Shown here one piece after another: positions 25,490-38,328 of a stretch of 64,000 nt of DNA. The notes under the pieces are model-generated. The model had not been told where the DNA came from and made no database searches. It was given only the letters and a program-made list of their open reading frames with translations. The first letter of the stretch is position 1, and the number at the start of each line of letters is the position of its first letter. A program made the translations under genes and the position numbers. The DNA is from Camelus ferus (taxonomy: Eukaryota), in assembly GCF_009834535.1 (NCBI RefSeq), contig NC_045698.1:2482001-2546000 (forward strand), read 5' to 3'.

Positions 25490-25930
25490 GGAAACTGTAA
25501 AGCAGAAGGCATTGACAGAAATAAAGAGGGGCATGTTAAAGTGATAAAGGCTTAACACAAAGCAGGTATAACAATTCTAACTTTGTGTGCATCTTTATAA
25601 TGCAACTTCAATGTATCTAGAGCAAAAAAATGACGGAAGTAAATGAAACAGAAATGGAGAACTCCATAATCATGGTAGAGGAGTTTGATATGCTTTTCTT
25701 ACGAGCAGACAAAAAAGAAAGTTTTCGAAGATATAGAACAAATGAACAGTTGAGGTATGCAAAGTACATAAGATTCAGAAGACATGGTTTGAGCAAAATT
25801 AGTAAGAAACTTTATATACTTGATGCGTATGTATATACTACAGTCGACAATGGTGGAATATGCACTGTATTTGGGCACAAATAAACATTTATCAAACTTT
25901 CTATATGCCAGTGTGTTAATTCGCTATTGC
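25490..25930 (+). mobile_element. Ancient L1M ORF2 endonuclease-domain remnant
   Basis: Translations RNKEGHVKVIK and EMENSIIMVEEFDMLFLRADK resemble the L1 endonuclease motifs RDKEGHYIMIKG and IDKSTIIVGDFNTPLS. Confidence 0.65.
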
Positions 25931-26400
25931 TATAAAGATGCTGCCTTAGACCCAGCACAGTAGAGAGGGGCTGGGGGTGTCCCCCCGTGCTAGGGTGGGG
26001 TGTGAGGAGCGGAGGGGGTGGCCTGAGCATGAAGCATAAGGAAGCCTCACGGGCAAGCGTCCGGAAACACTCAGCGCGTGCGCTGCGAGCCACTTCATGT
26101 AGGACTTGTCAGGGCAACATGGATTTCCCCTGCTCTTCCAAGAGCGGTGGCCCTTACCGAAAATATTATAAGCAGGGGAAATAGTGGATGGGGAATAATG
26201 CGTGTGTGTGTGTCTGTGAAACTGAACCAATTTTAAATACAATGCACAAATGCCTCCAGATTTAAGCACAATAACTCCATGTCATAATATAATAATTAGC
26301 TCCTCTGTGTGCAGAGGAGTGACAGCTTTGCTACAGCTTTGGCATGGCTTGACGATTGCTAATGTCTACATTTACTGTGTCAAAAACAACAAAAAAGAAA

Positions 26401-26708
26401 GCGGGATTGCCAGGATGGCAGAGCAGCTCGTCCTCTCCCACGAATACACCAAGAATTACAACTGATCAGTTTGCACAGGGTACCTGCTGAGCCTTGGCAG
26501 AGTATCTCTTGCTTCAGGAATACGAGAAGATTTCTCACAAAAATGGAAAAACAGCAAGGGAGCTATGTTCAATATCTTGCAGTAACCTCTAATGGAACAG
26601 AATATAAAAAGTAATATATGTATATGTAAGTATGACTGAAACGTGATGCTGTGCACCAGAAACTGACACAAAATTGTAAACTGATTATACTTCAATTAAA
26701 AATAAAAA
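26401..26708 (+). mobile_element. Short L1 derivative: putative 5' UTR start fused to 3' UTR end
   Basis: AGGATGGCAGAG...TCCTCTCCCACGAATACACCAAGAATTACAACT...ACCTGCTGAGCCTTGGCAGAG resembles a cetartiodactyl L1 5' end. From about 26540 it is a clear L1 3' tail ending TACTTCAATTAAAAATAAAAA. Confidence 0.65.
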
Positions 26709-26764
26709 CTGAGACTGCTCAGAAATCACTGTTCAACCATTGCTTCAAACTCTGTATCTATCCA

Positions 26765-26809
26765 TCTCTCTCTTTCTCTCTCTCTCTTTCTATCCATCCA
26801 TCCATCCAT
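26765..26809. repeat. (CT)n/(CCAT)n compound microsatellite
   Basis: Directly visible. Confidence 0.9.
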
Positions 26810-28079
26810 TTACCTATCTAGCTACATATGTATCTGTCTAAATGGAGATATAGACAAATTAATTATACACACAGTCTCTTGCTCTTGTCCATTTGGGAGA
26901 CTAATTGAGAATCAAATAAACACGTTTATAACTAAATGGGTTTGTTGACATATCACACAAAGGGCCAAACGCAGTCTCAGCCTTATCCCAGCTCTTCTGA
27001 CCAGCTGGTTCCCAATGGGTCAGTCTTTCAGTGGTGGTTCTTATTCAGTTTCTTCCAAGGACCCTCCCATCCTTGTCATTTTTAGATTCAGGTCACTGTT
27101 GCGGAAGCTGCCGTAAAAGCTCAGAGAGGATGTGTCTTTATACTTATGTTTAAAACTAGCATATTGTGGTTTGCTTCTGGCCAAATGAGAAAAAGCAAAT
27201 TCTTCTGACGATGGCAGCAGAATTAAATCATTTGGGATGTCAAGGGTGCTCTGAGTGGTGAGCGCCTACTTGGTGAGCTTAATGCTGAAATACATTTCCC
27301 TTTGTAATCACCACGTCTTTTATTCTTCCAGCTGCACTCAGAAGCATCGTTGCCAACGGCACCTCACAGCCGTCCTGGGAGAAGTGCATTCTGTTACCTG
27401 CTTTGCCGATGAAGACATTCACTGTGATGCTGCCGTGGAAAAGATTTACAAAAATGCCCCAAACTCAGTGTTCAAGGCAGAACACAGTGCTCCTTCCAGT
27501 GTGACCTAGGAGCCAATTTAAGACCAAACATAAAGTCTTTCCTTCTTAGTTTCATTAAATTGTACCTGCTTAGATTGTGTCAATAACGCCTTTTGGCTAG
27601 AAAATTTGCCCCCCCCCCCCAGTAAGACACATTTAGCAGCTACTGAAGTGTGTTAACTGTAGTAAAGAAAAGTGAATAATAGTGACAAAAATTAGTGTTT
27701 CTTTATCAAGGGTGGTCTGTGCCAGGCACCGGGCTAAATATCGCCTACAAATAGGGCCTACTCAGGGCTCTTCCCCCGACCGCAGGGGTTCTCTCGTTAC
27801 CCACCAGTCGGCACCCAGTGAACTGCCGGACCAAGGGTGCTTGGGGGGTTGTGAGCTGCTGAGAGGTGATACTAGGACCCTGTCACAAGTGGACAGCTCT
27901 GCAGACAGCGTGCTGACCACCGGGCCTCTGCCCCGTTACTGTGTCGAGGTCAAATGGTGCCAACGGTGATTCTCAAATGACTCCGAAATGACCTTCGTGA
28001 GAGTCAGCACGTATCAGCATTACTGTCTTTTCCTCAAGGAGATTCACAGGCGATGAGATGTGCAGTCTACCGGCCCCCC

Positions 28080-28247
28080 TCGAAGTGGGGTCCACGGAGC
28101 GCTGTGGCAGAAGCACTTGGGAATCGTGTGAAACATCCAACACCCGGGGCCTCATCGATTGAATCAGATTCTCCGGAAAAGGAGCTGAGGTTTTAGCAGA
28201 CATCTTGGGTCCTTCGTTCCACACTGCAGTTTGGTGGTCACTGCCTT
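28080..28247. mobile_element. MER5-like hAT-Charlie remnant
   Basis: GATTGAATCAGATTCTCCGG...CAGTTTGGTGGTCACTGCCTTAAA; diverged. Confidence 0.4.
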
Positions 28248-30904
28248 AAATAAAACCTAGGAAGTTGCAAGGAAAATACTATTTGAAATGCAAAGTAATG
28301 CCTTTATGTGCAACTATAGTCCTTTTTATGGACTGTTTCATTACCCAATTAAAACAAGGAGATTAGCTTCATGTTGCTTATGCTGCTAAACGTCAAATAG
28401 TATAGAAATATTCAAGTCAACACCCGTGGAGGTGAGTTGAAATGGTGACAATCACACATTGTTGGAATAAAAGATTTCATAAAACCTCTGGGACATGAAG
28501 TACCTTTAAGAGGCAGGTTCCACAGGACAGAATTTGGTGTGTTATCAGAATTGAGGTTGCGATGATGACATAATTCATCTTGTAAGGAGGATTCCCCTGT
28601 CCGCTGAACTCACCAGCACTCTAGTTCACACGCCCACACACACACCCCTCCTCCTGTGACAACGGACATCGCCAGCCAGACTGTGCTGGACTTGGCTCTC
28701 CCCTGTCTGCCAGTCTCGACTGACCTTGGAAGGGACAGGTGTGGACTCACCTGGACTGCGGCTGGTTAGCGGATTTTGTCTGTTTCCTGAGGACCTAAAT
28801 GTATAGTGACCACTTTGGGACCAATGCTGTCCTGTTTGTTAGAGGATCCTGTCTAGAAATGATTAGTGTCGATGATTGTCCTATTAGATCTGGATATATT
28901 AGCTCCTGGTAGTCAGTTGACTGCTACTTACCAGTTTCGCTGGCCACTGCAGTCAAACAAAGCTCTTCTGACCCTAAAACAGCGACAGCTTTCTATCACG
29001 GCGACGGTGCTGTGCACGCTTCACCCCGGCTCGGCCTCGGGCCACGTCTCCTGGCAGCTCCCCCTGGAGAACTTCAGCAAATGTGTACGTTTGGGGCAGT
29101 CTGATGAATGACAGTGAAAACCACACCTGGAAAGCGAGTCACGGCCACACAGCTGCAGGTTCGCGGCTCCTCGCTCCTTCAGGGCACGAGGTCGATGAGC
29201 TTGCTCTCTTCCAGCCCCGGGCTTCCCTGGAGCGAGGCAACACCTGGATGCTGGATCTCAGTCTGAAGCGCTTCCAAAGCCTTTTTAGTTACATCTGATG
29301 GAATGTCACCTGCGCGATTTCAAGTCTCACCATCCTTCAAGGGACTGAACACAATGTTATGTTTCTCTATGGTGGTTCATGCTTGTTAAATATTAAAACC
29401 GAAGATTACCACCATAAAAGACTTTCACAGCCGTGGACATTTTCCCGGGTAATAAAATTGTACTTAGTCTTATTATTCCTCCTGTGGGGGCATCTCTGGG
29501 GTCGCAGAGGCACTGCTGAACTGAAGCTTGAGCAGCACATTACCAGCTCGCAAGGGGCCGAGCTGCGCAGGGCCAGGAACGAAAGGAGGAACGCTGTGTG
29601 CAATTCGATCTGAGTGCGAACTACCTGTGGATAAGTACCTTCATCTAAACGCGGGTGCAACGTCATTGTTCTCCTAAAAGAGCCGCCATGAGCTAGATCT
29701 CTAATGTAGTAAATCCTATTAAAATGTTTCTTTCGTAACGTAGCTGGCAATGGCCCAAGCTTCCCACAGCAGAGATTTCCCTCCCGACCCTCATCATTTA
29801 GTGGACGTACTTGTCATTCATCTGGCCGGGATCTCATAATCGGGGGTATCTTTCATAAGGCATTTTCATGGTCAAAGGTGGTGTTTCACGCACTGAGAAT
29901 TCGAGCGCTGTCGGTGGTTAAAAGTCATTGACAAAGATGAGAAGACCGGGCGGCTGCCTGTCTGAAGCAGGGAATCCTGCTCAGAGCCTCCGTGCTCACG
30001 AGGCCTCGGAAGTTTCACGGCCCCAGAAACACCTCCGCAAAGCACTCTGAACTTTAAGTGGAAGCAGTTACCAACTTAATTCTCTTCTACCTGCACTTAG
30101 TGAAGGAAGACGAAACCCCTTTGGAGGCCGTGGGAAGTCTGTTCATGTGGGAAAACCCTCTTCCCTCTGAAACCAGTGTCAGCCGGGCGGAAGGACAGCT
30201 AGGGGGTGCGGTGGGGGGGTCGGCGGAACGGAAACACAGTAAGATTTTCACTGCAGGCTTTTCTCACACAGCGTTGGGGCCACTGCCTGGTGGCCACAGG
30301 CAGAGTGGGCTCAGGGCCACACCCAGGGCCATGGGATGCCCATGGGGACTGGCTGCCCAGGCCAGGGGCGGGTCCACGTCCTACGTGCCAGGAGGATTGC
30401 AGAACGTAAAACTGATTTAGACCTTCATAGAGATGGTTTTCGAGAAGGAGTCGGTGAGGAAGAAGGACAGGGCAGTCATGCAGCCGAAGGGAGCAGCACC
30501 CATACGACTGTCCAGAGTGTGTCCTGGTCCAGCTGCAGAGCCACAGCTGGCTTGGTGGGTGGTGATCGTGGGCGATGCAGGCGGAGCTGCCATGGCATTT
30601 GATGAAACTGCGTGGAAGGAAGGGCTCGCCAAGCCCAGACGGAAGGGTGCTTAGCTCTCTGGTGACCAGAGAGCCGCCGTCTTCAGGTGGGCTTTGTTCA
30701 AGGCAGCCTCCCCACGGGCAGGGGGAGCTCAGCCCCGCTGGCGCTGGGCAAACGCAAGCCCTACTTTTACCTGACGTTGATCACACTCAGAAATCCCCGG
30801 ATTTCACTAACGACTGTAGGGACTTCCTCCCTGCAGATGTATCACCTGTGGGGAGGGCAGAACAGAGAAAGACACCTGAGAGCAAAGTGGGGCGGTACTT
30901 GCCC

Positions 30905-31347
30905 CGTGTCGGGCACTTAGTGGGCTCCCAGAGGATGTGTCTACATCCTCATGCCCGGTGCCTGTAAATTGACCTTATGAGGAAAAAGTGCCTTTGCACA
31001 TGGACTTACAGACCTTGAGTCAGGGAGATCACCCAGGATTATCTGGGTGGGCCCTGAATCCAAGACAAGTGTCCTTAAGGGGCCCTGCAGAGAAGACAGT
31101 TGGAGAAGGAGCCATGTGCAGAAGGAGGCTGAGTCTGAGGCCCTGTGGCCACAAGCCAAGGAGCCCTGGAAGATGAGCCAGGAGAGGCAAGAAAGGACCC
31201 TCCCCCGGAGTTTCTGGAGGGTCACAGCCACACCAACGCCGTGGTCTGGGACCTCCGGCCTCCGGAACTGGGAGACAATAAATCCTGCTGCTTTAAGTCA
31301 CCAGTTTTATGGAAATCTGTTACAGCAGCCACTGGAAACACACATTC
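30905..31347 (+). mobile_element. MaLR solo LTR (MLT1C/D-like)
   Basis: GGATTATCTGGGTGGGCCCTGAATCC, GGCCACAAGCCAAGGA and GAGACAATAAATCCTGCTGCTTTAAGTCACCAGTTTTATGGAAATCTGTTACAGCAGCC. Confidence 0.85.
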
Positions 31348-32585
31348 AGAACCACAGAGCTTGATGGAGGGAGCCTGGTGTGGCTCAGGGGAGACAGCGA
31401 GGGATGGACCCTCTGCCCAGGGCTGTCCCGGGCTCATCCCCCTCCCACCGTGTTCAGAGTCCGGTGGTGCCGAATACACATCAGTCCCCCAGAGAGTCAG
31501 AGCTTTTTTCCTAACTATAGACCATGTGCTTGATTAAAAAATTGATTTTCAATATTGATTTGTTTTGCTTTATAGTTTGTATGTTTCATAACGTGTCATA
31601 ATTTGTATTTGAAGCTTTACTGGAACACTCATTTTTAATTTAAGTAATTGGGGAATTAATTATTTCTAGAAACTAAAAAACTCAATTTTTTAGAAATATT
31701 CGGTAGAATTTTTATCTCATTTCTGGTTGTAAGAGTCAGAATATAGGAAGCTGAAAAAAAGGCTAAAACGTTAACCCCAGTGGAAAGATGAGAGAATGGC
31801 CAAGGACTTAATTTGGTGACACCCAAAGCACGTGTCAGTATTTATTAAATAAATGAGGGGGTGAACAAGAAATTGTATTTTTGTAATTTTAATATTGTCC
31901 TCACTTCTGGGAAAATAAATAGCATTTCTTTAAAAACTCCTATTTTCAGGATGCCATTAATGATAGTCTTTTTTTTTTAATTTTGAAATTGCACGATTAA
32001 AATTAACTTCTTCACTATCAGACGAGCCACAACATTTTTCTGAAGACCAACCAAGTCTGTGGGTGACTCTGTTCCCATGCCTACATTTTGTCGTCTCTGC
32101 TTCCCTCCTCAGCTGCTCACTGACAGAAAGGTGCCAGGAAAGCCTTTTTCTGAGTGTCTTCTCACATAGACATTTGCTGTTGTTGGATTTGCTGTTTGAG
32201 TGTTTCTGTTACATTCGCAGACTGGTTTGGAGACCTTGTAATAGTTGCTTCCAGTTAGAAATCAGCACTTTGCAGATCTTGCAGCATTAGCACATGTTGC
32301 CGAACTACTGAATTTCTGATTTTATGATGCTTTGCCTTAAGTCTATTCACAAGTCGACAAAACAGGCTCTTGGAAGCAGAAATACACACACCCACGAGGC
32401 AGCAACGTGCGCTTCTTGGCGGTGTTGGCCTGTCTTGGCTGAAGGAAAGTCTGGGGACCAGCTCTGTACTCACGGCGCAGGCCAGGTGCCCGGGGGACGC
32501 CAGCAGGACAGAGCGAGGATGCGGGAGCCACCAGCTCAGGAGGCTGCAAGGGAAGGGAAGCGAGTTGAGGCTTCTTTCTGCAAAA

Positions 32586-32665
32586 CACATGGTGCGGATG
32601 GAGTCATGTCCGGCAGGCCCACCAGAACCACGTGGTGCCGATGGAGTCACGTCCGGCAGACCCAC
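32586..32665. repeat. Two-copy direct repeat, period 43 bp
   Basis: CACATGGTGCGGATGGAGTCATGTCCGGCAGGCCCAC (32586-32622) versus CACGTGGTGCCGATGGAGTCACGTCCGGCAGACCCAC (32629-32665); 33 of 37 identical. Confidence 0.9.
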
Positions 32666-35600
32666 TGTGCCCCACGAGGAGCCCAAGGGCCAGGAGGCGG
32701 TTCTCTGTCACCACCACGTTCCTGTGTAGCATGGTGACCCTGTGCCAGGCATAATGAAGCCTTTCCCAGACTAATGATTTGTTCCCAGGATTGACAAGTT
32801 GGGAACCAAAGTGATTCCGCTGCATTGTTTTAGAGCCTGAAACAGACAGTAACTTTGGGAAAATGGGAGTGAATAAGGAAAGGAGCAAAAATAAAACAGA
32901 ACAACAATAACAAAACCAGTCTGCAGCAGTCTGAGGCTTGTGTCATGTCTGGTCAAAGACGTGAGACACCTTCTTGTTTCTGGTCACTGCTTTACTGATT
33001 TATTATAATTTTTATTGTATGGGAAGTAGACATGGAAGAATGACAGGCTTAGGCTACAAACCTGAAAACAATTTCACGCAAAGAACACACTTCGCAAAGC
33101 AGAGGGCTTGGGAAACACGTTGACCTTATTAGTGCTTTTAGATGCTTTTGGAACAAGTCAGACTTAAGAGAGGACTTGAGTCAGGAAAATTTTACTGAAC
33201 CTGGATTTCCACGTTCTCTGTTCTCTTCTGACACCTATTGAGAGATGCTGTTGGAAACCCCTTAACTTACAGAGCAGGGCAGGCGGATGGGGTGGGGGTG
33301 GGGGATGCCCTGCTTCCCGGGACACTTCCATGCCTGGCTCCCCATCCTCCTGAATCACAAAACCATCCATAGCATCATGCTCTACAAACTCCCAAGTGGC
33401 TAGGTTCTTGACAGTCTTTTCTCACTCGTTTATGCCATTGATACAAATGCTCTGCACGTCCCCGTGGCTGAGTGTGTTCTGTTCCTACACGCTAGGGAGG
33501 AGCGGAAACGGAAGCCAGCCAGGAGAGCAGCAGGCCCGCGCATCCTTTCCTGGGGAGATCTGCGCCTCACAGGTCCTGGCTTTAAATGACAGCCATTCAA
33601 CTCCGTTTGGATGAATCTTGCATCGTGTCCTGATCAGAGGAAGAAAAATCTCTGATCCAGGTGGAGCTGGTGTCCCTGGCATGCAATGAGACACGCGGAA
33701 AGCAGGATCAAACCCATTCCTGGGTTAGAACCGAGGCCGGTGCTGAAGAAGCAAACCCTGACCCAGGTGGTTTCTCTGATGTGGTCAAGGAGGTCACCTC
33801 ACAACTGTGTTCAGCACGAGAAAGAATTTTATCTTCAGTGACGTCGATTAATAAGAAAACCAAAGAGTAGTGCAGCCTCATTTTGTTTGTTTGTCTTCAA
33901 CTGTTTGCTCCTGGTAGAAAATCACGGATGCTATGTACCTGTCTGATGTGTCATGAAGGTTTATCTTGTTGACAAACATCTGTGAGGGCCCTCAGGACAC
34001 CCAGGAGCTCTGTCTCCGTGCTGACAACGCAGTGCTGAAGCTCCGTCCGCGGAGCCTGCTGCCCGCTCCCCTTCCCGGGGGCTGGGGCGCGGGTTTGAGA
34101 CGCAGGCACCGTGGACGCAGCGAGAGTGGCCCTGGCTTCAGTCCCTGCACGTCCCTGTGTGCCTCGCTGCTCGCAGCCTGGGGCAAGCATCTCTCCTGCC
34201 TTGAGAAGCGAGTCTTGCTGTCAGCGCTTTCTTGGGGAAGATGCGTTCCTGTTTTAAGTGTGAAGGGTCTCTGTGCAAGAGGAGAGCTGGCGCCCAGGGA
34301 CGCGTCTTTGTGTGTGTTTGTGGCAAAGGCCTGGAAGCATCATCCGGTCTCCCGCTTTTGAGGAGGGGGCAGATACGGCAGATTTAAAGCAGGTGAAACT
34401 GCACGCCTTCCAATGACCGGCAGCGCTTGGCACGGTGTTTCTATCCTGCCCTTTCATACGTGGATGTGGACACGTTTTCAGGATGCTTTTTTCCATGCTG
34501 ACTGTTGGCCCGCGAGAGCCTCAAAGTCCTGGAAGAAAGGGCAGGGACGAGGGGCCAGTCCCCGGAGACCATGCAGACCAAGTAGATACAAATGGAAAGG
34601 AAGGCCCAGCTCCGTCTGTGCTGATGGTGGTAAGGGCGGTGGCTTTCCTGCTTCAGAGACAGCTCAGGGGAGTCAGACTCGCAGCAGAAAGGGAACATGG
34701 GGCCCCTTGGTGGACAGGCACGGACCGGGAGCTTTGAAAGAAAACGGTAGCTTTGCTGGATCCTTTGGAAGAATAACAGAATGGGGGTCTCAGGATCTGC
34801 TGAGCGCAGCGCAATTACAGACTTAAGCAGAACTGCAGGCACCAGGGTTCTCCCGCTGAAACTCGCAAACTCATCGTTGGCACGTTAGAGGGGTGTCATT
34901 CAGCCTCAGATCTGGGAGGCAGGCTACCTGGGGAGGCAGCTCAATTTTGACTTTAGCCATTTTCCAGCCTTTTTCTCTCAGAAATCCAACTCTCACTGGG
35001 CCCCGGCCTTTTAAGACTCCTTGTCTCAGTGTTTCACAGGACTCATTCCCCAGAGAATGGGGCTCAGGCTCCGAGCCTTCGTGGAAGGGATAGTTGCCGA
35101 GAATATGACCCTTTTATTCTGTCCCTTCCCTTTTGTTCACTGAGTTAACCTGTTGAGCTCAGCACAAAGGACGAGCCGGGGCCCGATGCGCCGCCCCTGA
35201 GATGAAGGGTTTGTGCGGGAAGAGCTCCAGGGCCTTTGGCAGAAGGTGCCCGTGGTCGGAACGGCCCGCGCCAGGCTGGCCTGGGTCAGACTCAGTCCCG
35301 TGGGTGCCCCGGTCTTGCTGGATGAATTCCTTCTCTTCTCTGACCAGATAGAGGGCGCTGTACTTTTCTATCAAAGGATCTTGATACAGGTGTGCGGGAC
35401 TTCTGCAGCTCACTGGTGTCTGAGGCAAAGGGAATTTGGTGCTGGTTAGTTGTCCTGAGGGTCTAGAAGGCATTTAAGACCTGACACTATTACAGGGTGG
35501 GACCCAGCAGCTGACGGTCTTCAATAATGCAAGGCTTCCCTAGATAACGCCTGCCCGGCAGCCCTCGAGCAGGGCGCAGGCCCCCGGGCAGGCTGTGGTC

Positions 35601-36600
35601 CCCTGATTGGCCCCACCCACTCGGCCAGGTGGCACTGGCATCAGAAGGCCTGGCCTCCATCCTTCCTGATCAGTAGCGGTGACTCTGCGGACAGATGTGT
35701 AAGTGCGTTGTGGTGTCCAGTGGGGCGGCCGGGACACGTCTTGCGCTGAAGACGGGATGTTTCCAGGTGATGAGCACAAGGCAGGTCGCGCCCCTGATGC
35801 CGCTGCCAGGCCGTCCCGGGGAAGGCGCTGAGCGGCAGCAGCAGGTGGGGGTGTGGGGACGTGGACTTTGCTGTTTTTCACTCGAACCTTCCAACCGTCC
35901 TGTGAGGCAGGCAAAGCCAGGCTCTGAATGGGGCGCCGAGGGCAGCGTGATCACTCCTCAGGGGCCCAGGGGTCACTGGGCTGCGGCTCCGGCAGCAGAT
36001 CATGTCCCTGTGAGAGGGAGCCGGAGGCCCAGGACTGCCCGATGCCCCCACTAAAGACACACGGCGTCTCGCACCCCCGAGCCTCGTAAATGGTCGTATC
36101 TGCTCCTGGACACTCGCGTTGCCCTACACCTGGTAAGTACATAGTTCACGAAAATCCACTGTCATCAAAGCACGAGCAGAATAAAACTCAGTGTAAATAG
36201 GCCACCAGGTGAAACCTTTATGTGCAAAAGATCTTAACAACAAGCACATTGAAACACAGACTTCTGCAGAGAGTCAGCTTTCAGATGTGTGTCCCTGTGA
36301 CAAGCATGTCGTAATGAGGGGAAGTTTTCTTTTTGCTGATGATCTTCAACATACAGACAGAATTATTTTGAGTTTTTGGAAAAAAACACTGGATAAAAAA
36401 TGGGAGCCCATGTATTTTTTGGAAACCTGTATGTTTTAAACTTCTATCATGAAGCTTTCATTAAGGTCATAAGACGTACGTGTATTAATAGAATGTATTA
36501 TATTCTCACAATATTTTGAAAGAACTGTGTTTAGGAACTGCTAAAACATTCAGTTTTCTTTATGGAAGATATCTGATTCCTGGGTTTTATGAAGGTATTT

Positions 36601-36659
36601 TTCTTCCCTCCCTCCCTTCCTTCCCTCCCTCCCTTCCTTCCTTCCCTCCTTTCCTTCCC
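36601..36659. repeat. (CCCT/CCTT)n polypyrimidine tract
   Basis: Directly visible. Confidence 0.9.
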
Positions 36660-38190
36660 ATGTGTTGACACCACTCTGGCAAGGGAACTATAACACACAC
36701 TGAATATAAGACTGCAAATGAGATCTAGTCTCCTGCCCCCAGGGAGCATCCTCTAAGTGGGGAGGAAGGTAGAGAGATGTGAACTGTAGTAGAGGGAAGA
36801 TGAATTGACAGACCATCAATAAATATGACTGGGTAATACAGCAGAATCCGATTAAACCGCGGGGTGGGGGCTGACGGTGAGGGTGTGGCTGGACACAGGG
36901 GTTTCCGTATCACCTGGTAAACCTCCCGCAGGTGCGGCGCCAGCAGCATGTGCTGCAGGGTCAGCCCCGTTGCCGGGTACCATTCATAGGCAGGGCTTCC
37001 TGCCTGAGGCCCCCGGGCCAGACAGCTCACCTTGTACGGACGAAGATGCTCTTGTTACTACTGATGTCCTCACCTCCTACCACTGCCACTCTCTGTCCAT
37101 TTCCTGTGAAATCCTTTGTAATGGACAATTTTCATCACTGAGAGCCATTTTTCCCAGAGCATCATCTGAACTGGCCGGCAGAAATGCAAAGGGGATAAAG
37201 GCACACAAACGTACAGGACACGTCTCCGGCTGGGCTGCGGATGGTAGGTGCTGTGATTGGCATCTGCGGGAGGGGCTGGCGACTTCAGCGGCCACTCTGG
37301 GTCCGCGTCACCCTCCGATGTCCACTGGCCAGCCGTGATCCACGCTGCGTACCTCCACAAGGTGGTCAAAGGCATGTGTGCAACCCGCAGATGGCCTCCC
37401 GTAAACACGTCAGCCTAAACATTTTCAGGAAGCATGTGACTCCCAGGGATCCGTGAGCTGGTGCTTCTCCCTCGAAACACTTCCCTGAAGGGATTCCGGA
37501 GCCTGAGCCACGGCGGGCACAGCTCAGCCGTGTCGTTTCTCGCTTCTTCCTCTTTGTTGCAGCTGTAAATTAAACTCTGCTGGAGAATGAAGCATTTCGT
37601 GTTGTAATATTGCCTGTCATTTCTTTACTGTGCATGATAAAACACAAACCCTTTAATTAACTTTTTAGAAATAACAAATGCTAGGAACTGTTCTAGGATC
37701 TTAATAAGCACACATTTGCAATGTTTGTCCTCTCCTGGCCCCATCTAGGCTGCTCCTGGATTACACATTATCTGTCTCCATAGAATTGTCTTGGTAGAAC
37801 ATTCTATTTTGGGAACGCTGTTTGAATAATAGCTTGAATTCAGCTCCTCCAGGTTTTTCCTGTCCTTTCTGTAGCATATGTGATTTTAACTGAAATTTAG
37901 ATATCTCAAAAAAAAAAATTCTGGGAATGTCAGGGTACTAATCAGGACCACAGCAGATTCAAGCTAAAAGCAATTTGGTTTCAAAATAAGGAATCAGTAA
38001 ATTTAGGCTGTCATTGCAGGATTTCAGCTCTGGGCCCAGCAACTAACTTCCATATGCTACCTGGATTTTATAATTATAATCTATTGCACAATACTGTATT
38101 TTTTTCATGAACGTGCCTCCCAATAGTAATGCAGGTGTATGTCTTGCTCAGTGGTATGTAATGTATACAAAAGTAACACAACTGCATTTA

Positions 38191-38328
38191 TATATATTTT
38201 TTGTGGGTGTGAGGGAATTGGTTCATTTATTTATTTACTTATTTTTAATGGAGGTGTTGGGGATTGAACCCAGGACCTCATGCATGCTAAGCATGCGCTC
38301 CACCATTTGAGCTGCACCCTCCCCCTTT
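38191..38328 (-). mobile_element. tRNA-derived SINE, camelid Vic-1-like
   Basis: Minus strand reads GGGGGAGGGTGCAGCTCAAATGGTGGAGCGCATGCTTAGCATGCATGAGGTCCTGGGTTCAATCCCCAACACCTCCATTAAAAATAAG... with A and B boxes and an A-rich tail. TSD ACTGCATTTA at 38181-38190 and 38332-38341. Confidence 0.9.

Noticed and set aside
38250..38325. tRNA-like sequence
   Set aside because: It is the head of a SINE with an A-rich tail and TSD, not a tRNA gene.
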